The notes below the pieces were generated by a model, which was not told where the DNA came from, did no database searches, and worked only from the letters and a program-made list of their open reading frames with translations. The position numbers and the translations under genes were made by a program. A DNA stretch of 61,403 nt, counting the filler, from Anaerolineae bacterium (GTDB lineage Bacteria; Chloroflexota; Anaerolineae; Epilineales; Epilineaceae), in NCBI GenBank assembly GCA_029262755.1. It is 6 parts of 6 records of this genome, joined end to end, with 100 filler letters (N's around TTAATTAATTAA, not from the genome) between each part and the next. Parts side by side here need not be neighbours in the genome. Positions count along the whole stretch, not along the records: positions 52,947 to 56,729 come from JAJCYU010000118.1; positions 56,830 to 61,403 come from JAJCYU010000124.1; 4 more parts are not named here. One strand, written 5' to 3'. Positions within the stretch are counted from its first letter, which is position 1; the number at the start of each line of letters is the position of its first letter. Below are positions 53,761 to 61,403 of the stretch, piece by piece.

Positions 53761-54494
53761 GCGACGGCCTGCCCGACACCAGCCCCCTTGCCTACCGGAT
53801 CGCCCTCGGGGCGCTGCGCGCCTTTTTCGACGGCGGCTACATTACTACCCACATCCAAGGTCGCGAGCACATGCCGCCGGCCGGCGTTGCGGCCATCATG
53901 CCCATCAACCATTCCAGCGCCTTGGACATTGTGGCCGGCCACGTCGTGGGTCGGCCGGGATTCTTTGCGATCAAGCGCGAGTCGGTGGAGGTTCCGCTCG
54001 TCGGCCGCTTCCTACGGTCGATCGGCGGGATACCCATCCAACGGGACGAGCAGGACGTAGCGGCGCTGCGCGAGATGAGCGCCGCTCTACGTACGGGCCA
54101 CATTCTGGGCATCGCGCCCGAAGGGACGCGCAGCAAGACGGGCCGGCTCGGCCACTTCGATCCCGGCTTCATCTGGCTGGCTGCGCGGACCGGCGCCGTC
54201 GTCGTGCCCACCGCGGTCCACGGTACGGCGCGCCTGCTGCCCAAGGGCGCGCGCTTCCCGAAACGCGGTGAGATCTGGGTACGCGTCGGGGAGCCGATCT
54301 CCTTCGAGGCGGAGGGCCGCCGCATCACACGGGAACGGATGCAGGAACTGGCCGACGACGTGCGCACCCGACTGCTTGCCCTCTTGGCCGAGTTGGTGGA
54401 GGAAAGCGGTGTGTCGAGCCCGGCCCTCAACCCGGACGGCAGTGACGCCGGCACCGAGACCGGCAGCGCCGCGAAGCCGCACGTTGCGGGTTGA
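53757..54494 (+). CDS. plsC: 1-acyl-sn-glycerol-3-phosphate acyltransferase
   Basis: NHSSALD (HX4D), APEGTRS, VVPTAVHG. Confidence 0.92.
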   Translation: MSDGLPDTSPLAYRIALGALRAFFDGGYITTHIQGREHMPPAGVAAIMPINHSSALDIVAGHVVGRPGFFAIKRESVEVPLVGRFLRSIGGIPIQRDEQDVAALREMSAALRTGHILGIAPEGTRSKTGRLGHFDPGFIWLAARTGAVVVPTAVHGTARLLPKGARFPKRGEIWVRVGEPISFEAEGRRITRERMQELADDVRTRLLALLAELVEESGVSSPALNPDGSDAGTETGSAAKPHVAG

Positions 54495-54650
54495 GCCGTT
54501 GTACGGTGCGGGGAAGGTTGGCACCGGGTTCCAACGTCACGCTCGCTCCACGAACCGACACGCGCCGACACGCCCGCACGCCGCACAGGCCGCACGGCGG
54601 ACAGTCGGCGGGCAGCGGCTGGAACTCGACGTTTGCGCTGCGTCCGGACG

Positions 54651-54659
54651 TGGTACTAT
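54651..54659 (+). promoter_or_regulatory. Extended -10 promoter for the glmS leader
   Basis: TGgTACTAT about 110 nt upstream of the ribozyme. Confidence 0.5.
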
Positions 54660-54764
54660 GGTCGCGAATCCACGGGATCGTGGAATCAAGACTCGGCGAA
54701 GTACACACTGGAGGTGTCACTAGGAACCGCGATTCACGCGCGCCCGGAGCGCGCCACAACCGAG

Positions 54765-55012
54765 CAGGCAAGCACCAGGGCTCACGGCAGGGCGTCATCG
54801 TGCGACGGGTAGCGGCCGTCGTCGCGGGCCGATGAGTTGACGAGGAGGAGGTTCCCGGACGCGCCGGGTGAAGGGCGCAAGATCGCATTCGCGCCCCAAG
54901 ATTCGAAAGATCGGTGGATGCCTCCAGGGCTGGCACGGCCCTCGGCCTGCTCTCCCGAGCCGAGAAAGCGGCTCCCAAAACCGTCGGGCGACCGACGGGA
55001 CAACGGAGCCCG
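54765..55012 (+). ncRNA. glmS ribozyme (GlcN6P-activated self-cleaving riboswitch)
   Basis: A|GCACCAGGG cleavage motif at 54771/54772, GTTGACGAGGAGGAGGTT, TCGAAAGATCGGTGGATGCCTCC, AAAACCGTCG-GGCGAC-CGACGG-GACAA; directly upstream of glmS. Confidence 0.9.
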
Positions 55013-55151
55013 CGGTGCGGGGCCGCGCGCATGCGCGCACGGCCTTCTACCACCGCGCGCCCATCCATGACCGTTGCGACACGCTCGCGACACGTCGTGA
55101 ACCCGTTGCACACTTCGCGGATGGAGCGCCCGACTTCGGGAGGGACACCCC

Positions 55152-56729
55152 ATGTGTGGGATCGTAGGCTATACCGGCACGCGCGACGCGCTGCCGGTCC
55201 TGATGGATGGACTCCGCCGCCTCGAGTACCGCGGCTATGACTCGGCGGGCGTCGCCGTGATCGATGGCAATGGCGCCATCGATATCCGCAAGACGGAAGG
55301 CAAGCTCGCCGCCCTATCCGCCTTGGTTGAGGCCCGACCGCCGCAGGGCAACGTCGGCATCGGGCATACCCGTTGGGCGACCCACGGCGCGCCGATTACG
55401 CGCAACGCCCACCCGCACCCCGACCGCAGCGGGCGGATCGTCGTGGTGCACAACGGGATCATCGAGAACCACAACGCGCTGCGCGCCGAGCTGGCGGAAG
55501 CGGGCGTCGCCTTCGACTCGGACACCGATACGGAAGTGGTCGCGCGCTTGATCGGCCGCGAGTGGGAGCAGCAGCGACACGCCAACGGCACGACGGACGT
55601 GCACGCCCGCTTCGAGGCGGCCGTCCGCGCCGCGCTGGCGCGGGTCGAGGGCTCCTTCGCCCTGGCCGCCGTTTCGGTGGATGCTCCGGGCACGTTGATC
55701 GCCGCGCGCCACTTCAGCCCCTTGGTCGTGGGGCTTGGCGAGGGCGAGCAGTTCCTGGCCAGCGACATCCCCGCGCTGCTGGCCTATACGCGTGACGTGC
55801 TCATCTTGGAAGACGGCGAGCTCGCCGTGATCACGCCTTCGGGCGTCGTGCTCTCCGACCTGGCCGGCAGCGTGATCGACCGGGCGCCCACCCACATCAC
55901 GTGGGATGCGGCCGCGGCGGAGAAGGGCGGCTACCCGCACTTCGTCCGCAAGGAGATCGACGAGCAGCCCACGGCATTGGTGGAGACGATGCGCGGCCGC
56001 GTGACGGGGGATCGCGCACACCTGCCCGAGCTGGACGGCCTTCCCGTGGCCGGTGCGCGCCGCGCGCTGGTCGTGGCGGCGGGCACGTCGCTCTACGCGG
56101 GGCTGTACGGCAAGCGCTTGCTCGAACGCTGGGCGCGCATGCCGGTAGAGGTCGCCACCGCGAGCGAGATGCGCTACGGCGATCCGGTCGTCGGGCCCGA
56201 GACCCTCGTGCTTGCGATCAGCCAATCGGGCGAGACCGCGGACACCCTGGCGGCGCTACGCCGCGCGAAGGACGCCGGCGCCGTGACCGTGGCGTTGACC
56301 AACGTCGTGGGCAGCAGCATCACGCGCGTGGCGGACGCCTGCCTACAGCTGCAGGTGGGCCCCGAGATCGGCGTGGTCGCCACCAAGACCTTCACGGGCC
56401 AGCTCGCCTTGCTCGCGCTCGTCGCCGCATACGTGGCCCAGCGCCGCGAAGCCGAGGGCGCGGCGCACGGCGGCTCCGCCGCGGACGTACGCGAGCACGC
56501 GGCGGTGATCGCCGCATCCGCGGAACGCGCGCGCGCGGTGCGCACCTTGGTGGAGCTGCCCGCGACGCTGGAGGGGATGCTCACCGAAGCCTGGGAAGAC
56601 CACATCGCGGAGGTCGCCCGGGCGCTCGCCGACGTACGCTCGATGTTCTACGTCGGGCGCGGCTTCGGGCACATCGTGGCCTTGGAAGGGGCGCTCAAGC
56701 TCAAGGAGATCAGCTACATTCACGCGGAG
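55152..56729 (+). CDS. glmS: Glutamine--fructose-6-phosphate transaminase (3' partial)
   Basis: MCGIVG, LEYRGYDSAG, GHTRWATHG, HNGIIEN, SQSGETADT, EGALKLKEISYIHAE. Confidence 0.99.
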
Positions 56730-56829
56730 NNNNNNNNNNNNNNNNNNNNNNNNNNNNNNNNNNNNNNNNNNNNTTAATTAATTAANNNNNNNNNNNNNNN
56801 NNNNNNNNNNNNNNNNNNNNNNNNNNNNN
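56730..56829. other. Artificial contig spacer
   Basis: N44-TTAATTAATTAA-N44. Confidence 0.99.
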
Positions 56830-59115
56830 GCTGCCGCGCACGACGAGCACGGTTGCCTCGATCTGCGGCTCCAGCGAGCCGGTCAGCCGGAGCGATCCCA
56901 AGTCCAGCCGCAGACCGGGTGCAACGATCGTGCGCACCACGGCGTGGCGGTCTACGGCCAGGTGCAGCGAGACACGGTCGTTGTAGAGCACGTCTCGCTC
57001 TCCCGACAGCTCGAAGGCGAACGTGCCGGATGCGTCCACGATCAACGGACGCTCGATGGCAGTTCCTCCGTCCGCCGCCGCGCCCGCTACGCGCAGCAGG
57101 AGCGCGGAATCGGGCGGCGCTTCGCCCGCGACGAGGTCCTCGGCGACATGGATCACACCGTCGAGCAGCGGTACGCGCAGCTCGATGCCCAACTCGTCCC
57201 CGATGTCGGCCAGCACAAGGTCATTGGCCCGTACGGTCACGGGATCGCCGAGCCGATCGACCCACACCGCGCGCCAGCTTCCGTCGGCGCCGGCAACGGA
57301 CAGCGCCGAAGCCACCGCGACCCCGTCCTCCGCCCGCAGCGTCAAGGCCACCCGGCGATGCGGGGGCGCGTTGCCCGTGATCACGGATCCACCGAGCTCG
57401 GCTTCGAGTCCGACCACCGCCCACGCGAGGCGAACCTCGTGTCCATCCGTGCGGGTGAACGTGAGGTGGCCGCCGTCGCGCGGCAGGAGTTCGCGGAAAC
57501 CCGCCAAGGAAAGTTGCCAATCGCCCGCCGCGCTCGCGGTGACCGAGCGCGTGCTCGTGCTTCCATCCTCCGTGGGCACCGACACCACCAGCTCTGCGGC
57601 GGGCGGCGCCACCCCCGATAAGGTGCCGTTGGCCGGATCGGCCACGGCGCTCAGCGACGGCAACGATAGGATGACCGGATCGCCGCCACGGCCATTGGGA
57701 TCGACGAAGTCCACCAGGACCAGATCGTCCGCACCGGGCAGCGTCACGGTCTCCAGACCATCCGCGAGACCCTGCAACGCGGCCGCGAAGCGACCGTCGT
57801 CGTCCACCGGGGCCTGCCAGGGCCCGTGGAGCACGCCGTCCGCGCCGCGGACGCTCACCAACGCGGTGTGGCCGGGGCGACCGACACCCTCCACGACCGG
57901 CGCGTGCAGGTGAACCCGAACACGGGGGATCGCGCCGACAGCTCGCAGGCGAATGGCGGGGTGGAGCGAAATGGTGGCCGACGCCCACCAGCCGGGACCC
58001 AGGCCGCTTGCGCTCAGCTCATGCTCCCACCGTCCGGACGCATCGGCGACGGTCGTGGCCTCGAGTTCCGTCCCGTCGGGGCCGACCAACAGCAGATCCA
58101 GCGATGCGCCCATGGGCGCCGTTCCGCCGATCCGGTCACGGGCTTCGAATGCTAACGTCAGCGTGGGCACGCGGACCGGCAGCGGCAGCGGGGTGAGCCA
58201 TGCCGAACTGCGCGTGATGGTGATCTCGTCGCCCGGCAGCACCGTATCGCGCAGCAGCATGGCGAAGCCCCCGGGATTGGACAACGGTCCCGTCCCTGCG
58301 ACCGTGATCCCACCGCCCGGCGTGAGACGCACGGTGGGGACGCGCGTTCCTTCCTCGCTACGCCAGGTCGTTCTAGCGACGAGCGCGTCGATCCGATCGC
58401 CGGGCGATGCGCTGCCCTCGACTCGCCGGGAGCCGAGGGTGATCGTTGCCGTGAGTGCGGAGAACGGCGCCTCGAACGCGAGGTCGCTCTCCACGAAGCG
58501 CACCGTTCCGGACGCACCGGCCGCCGCGGGCCCGACGGTGGCCGTGAATCGTCCGGCTGCCGTCGCCCGAGCGGGGTGGCTTGGACCGCCCGACCCCAGA
58601 TGCACCGTGACCTCGGCATCGGGCGGTGCGGCGCCCGCGACGATGCCGCGCACGCCGTCAATGGTGGATGCCAGCGTCGGCAGCACAATCTCGCGCACGG
58701 CGCCGCCGTCCGTGGTGAGCACAAGCATGTCCCCCGCTTCCATGGAGACGGCGGAGACAGCGCCCCCGAAGCCGGCGAGGCGTAGTCGCGCTTCACCACC
58801 CGCATTCGCCGTCGCCTCCGCAAACGCGATCTCGCGTCCCGCGCGACGCAGTCGCACGGATACGCGACTGCCTGCCGGAGCCGCCGCGAGCATCCAGGGC
58901 GTGCCCAAATTGATCGTCGCGATGCGTGCCTGCGCGTTGGGGCTTGCGGCATGCGCATCGCGCTGGTTGCTCCGCGCGCCAAGCATGAGGCCGACGCAGC
59001 CTGCCGCCAGAAACGACGCAGCAATCACCAACGCGGCGCGCGTTCGCCACGCGTGCGGACGACCGACGGCTTGACCGGCCACCAGGGACCGCGGCGCGCA
59101 GGGTAGTTTCTTCAT
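56830..59115 (-). CDS. Secreted protein with tandem Ig-like beta-sandwich repeats (3' partial)
   Basis: ATG 59115 after GGAG, signal/TM segment, repeated xGxAPPxxxVxV...ADxxGxW/F...GDxVxV units. Confidence 0.78.
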
Positions 59116-59189
59116 GGTTCTCCGTCCGCTGGCTCGCCACCCTTCCGGGCCGCGTCCTACCGTTTCATGATACACCGCGTGAGAGGTCT

Positions 59190-61403
59190 TCAGCGCGTCG
59201 ACCAGGGCAGGAAAATTGCTCCGTCGACGGGCTCGGGGTCCGGCGGAGCAAGCACGAGCTCCGTGACCAGCAGGTGGACTCCGTCGACCGGCACCGTGAG
59301 CCGAACGGACACGACGTCGTCCAGACTCCAATCGGAACGCGGAGGCACCGTTTCGATCCCGAAGCGGCCGTTCTCGTCCGCGACAAGGCTGAGCTGCACG
59401 GCCGTTCGAAATCGCTCCGGGCTACTACGCAGGCGAAGCGTGACGTCCACGGTTTCGCCCGGCGTCGCGGTGCCTGCGAGCCCGCCCTGCGCGCTGAAGT
59501 CGAAGGCGAGCGGTCGTACGAGAATGCGCGCCGCCGCCGGGCCTTCCCCGATGATCAACGTATCACCCGCCGCTATCCGGACCTCCGCGCCGCCGGAATC
59601 GACGAGGCGCGCCTCAAACGCTCCAAACGTATCCACGGACACGCTTGCCGAACCCTTGGCCGCCCCGTCCTGCGCCTGGAGGCGCATCGACAAGGTCGCA
59701 AGGGGCGTCGCGGCGCCGGCTACCCTGGCCGTGCCCACATGCACCTCAGCCCGCACGGGAAGCCGGTTCACGTAAAAGCGGTGACCGCTCTGCTCCGTGA
59801 AGGAGATCTCCACTCCTCGCCCTACCGAATCAATGAACTCGCGGAACCACGGCGGTACTTCTACGCTGAAGGTTCCGTCCTCCGCAACTTGGCCCGACAC
59901 AGACGGTCCGCTAAACCCGCCGAGAAGGTCGTCGGCCCGGTAGCAGCTGCGGCCGGGCAGTGCGACCAAGAAGGAGCGGTTCGCCGGACCGGTCCCGGAT
60001 ATCGTCCACGTCTCCCAGTCCACGAACAGCGTCACCGGCACAGTGGGTAGACGGAGCGATGCCGCCTCGCCGCCGAGATCACCGCGCACGATATCGCCGG
60101 GCGCCGTGACACGGGGTTGTCCCTCGCTGTCTGCCAGGGCGAGCGCAAACCGGCCGTCCGTGGCCGCGATCGCCGCGCCGCCACCACCGACAGGGGAAAG
60201 CGTGATGCCGACGGCAGCCGCGGCGTCCGCATACCCGCAAACGGCGGCACCACCGAATTGGACGTTCAAGACCGGCATGACCTTGGTCCGAAAGACCTGA
60301 TGCCCGGACGCGAGCTGAAGGAGGGCCTCGAATCGGGAGCCTGCTCGTGTGGCGAAGGCGGGATTGTCGACGGAGCCGGACCACGTGTTGTCCCCGTTGA
60401 CGACGACCGCGACCTCGCCGCCGGCCGATGCGGGATCCGGCGCCGGGTAGACGCTGCCGGCGTAGACGCGTAGGCGGCCGTCCGAGGGGCTGCGGCCCGA
60501 GACGTCGGCGGTGCCGACCTCGGGGTCGATGGTCAGCGGCGGAATGACCATGCGGACGCTTCGGTCATTCGTGACGGCTTCGGGCACATCGAGGATCAGC
60601 TCATCGCCCGCGAGAAGCGGCAGCGGAGCGCGCATCGCGTCGAGCAGAGCGAGACTAAACGCCCCGTTTGCCGGCGCCCGGAATCGCTCCTCGGCCAACA
60701 CGCGGCCGGCTCGGGTGACATAGAGGCGAACGGCACGGCCTGCCTCCGCCGAACCGAAGACCTCGCCCGTATCGAGGTTGACCGAAAGCCCAGGGGCGCG
60801 AATCACGCGTGCCGCGCTATGACGGCCCAGATCCATCGTGAGCTCGGCGATCCAGTTGTAGGCGATATCCACTTCTTGCGCGCCCAGATCGAAGCGGAAC
60901 GTGCCGTCGGCTGCGAGGTCCTGCGACATCTGGACCTGCTCGCCCAGGGGTGAATAGGTCTGCAGCCGTAGTCGATTCCCGGCCAAGCCTTGTCCGGAGA
61001 TCAAGTCGTCCGCGACGTGCAAGACACCGCCCAGTGGCGGCACGGTGAGGACGGCTGCGTCGTCGCCGACCGTCACGTGCAGGGTGTCGCCGGAAACCGG
61101 GGTCACGAGTTGCCCGAGGGCGTCTTGCAGAACGGCGAACCACTGCGCGGAATCTGAATTGTCGCCGAATAGATCGCCCTGCCCTTGGCGGCCAAGCACA
61201 GTGCCGTCCGCGGCACGTAGTTCCACCAGAACGCGGCGGCCACCCGGGCCAGACCCGCTTAGAACGCCGCCGTCCAGACGCACCTGAACCGAGAGCGGCG
61301 CCCAACGCAAGAGGAATTGGTGCCCGTCGTCGCGCGTGATCACGAGCGAACCGAACATGGGTGGTTCCAGATCGATGGGCTGCCCGTCCGGGCCGCTCTG
61401 CGC
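59190..61403 (-). CDS. Paralogous secreted Ig-like repeat protein (5' partial)
   Basis: Frame is open to the window end. Aligns by eye with the neighbour (VPPLGGVLHVADDLISG vs VPLLDGVIHVAEDLVAG; DIAYNW vs DVLYND; APGLSVNL vs APGLRLDL). Ends IFLPWSTR. Confidence 0.8.
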   Translation of the reverse strand, partial: AQSGPDGQPIDLEPPMFGSLVITRDDGHQFLLRWAPLSVQVRLDGGVLSGSGPGGRRVLVELRAADGTVLGRQGQGDLFGDNSDSAQWFAVLQDALGQLVTPVSGDTLHVTVGDDAAVLTVPPLGGVLHVADDLISGQGLAGNRLRLQTYSPLGEQVQMSQDLAADGTFRFDLGAQEVDIAYNWIAELTMDLGRHSAARVIRAPGLSVNLDTGEVFGSAEAGRAVRLYVTRAGRVLAEERFRAPANGAFSLALLDAMRAPLPLLAGDELILDVPEAVTNDRSVRMVIPPLTIDPEVGTADVSGRSPSDGRLRVYAGSVYPAPDPASAGGEVAVVVNGDNTWSGSVDNPAFATRAGSRFEALLQLASGHQVFRTKVMPVLNVQFGGAAVCGYADAAAAVGITLSPVGGGGAAIAATDGRFALALADSEGQPRVTAPGDIVRGDLGGEAASLRLPTVPVTLFVDWETWTISGTGPANRSFLVALPGRSCYRADDLLGGFSGPSVSGQVAEDGTFSVEVPPWFREFIDSVGRGVEISFTEQSGHRFYVNRLPVRAEVHVGTARVAGAATPLATLSMRLQAQDGAAKGSASVSVDTFGAFEARLVDSGGAEVRIAAGDTLIIGEGPAAARILVRPLAFDFSAQGGLAGTATPGETVDVTLRLRSSPERFRTAVQLSLVADENGRFGIETVPPRSDWSLDDVVSVRLTVPVDGVHLLVTELVLAPPDPEPVDGAIFLPWSTR

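Overview
This window is six high-GC contigs of a draft or metagenome assembly, joined by artificial 100-nt spacers (N44-TTAATTAATTAA-N44 at 11354-11453, 32674-32773, 39098-39197, 52847-52946, 56730-56829), so adjacency across spacers means nothing. The gene content points to a Chloroflexota (Anaerolineae/Ardenticatenia-like) chromosome: DUF5667-type anti-sigma factors, secreted proteins ending in an [IL][FYW]LP motif, and a short ATP synthase delta. Contig 1: LVIVD-repeat protein, ECF sigma/anti-sigma pair, DprE2-like SDR, two large VWA surface proteins. Contig 2: atpI-B-E-F-H-A', HEAT protein, plsY-panE-ygfZ, a candidate sRNA, a second ECF/anti-sigma pair, methyltransferase, a 1499-aa SpoIID+amidase fusion, rplI, eno, yabN/mazG, a response regulator, PBP1A'. 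Contig 3: pstC, pstS and two secreted proteins. Contig 4: thiO-S-G-E, DUF3253 with an acidic repeat tail, and an arg cluster with argA~argG and argB~argD in-frame fusions interrupted by a GT-C glycosyltransferase. Contig 5: lit-like gene, plsC, glmS ribozyme, glmS'. Contig 6: two paralogous secreted Ig-repeat proteins. I found no tRNA, rRNA, CRISPR, transposase or phage genes. The best candidate for a new system is a ~65-nt hairpin sRNA (19808-19875) behind a near-consensus sigma70 promoter, whose C-rich loop is a perfect 9-nt complement of the ribosome-binding site of the neighbouring anti-sigma gene. Other leads are a leaderless Arg-rich uORF ahead of argA~argG, a glmS ribozyme with a two-hairpin core insertion, and the amidase/lytic-transglycosylase fusion. 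All family calls are by motif recognition; no database search was run.
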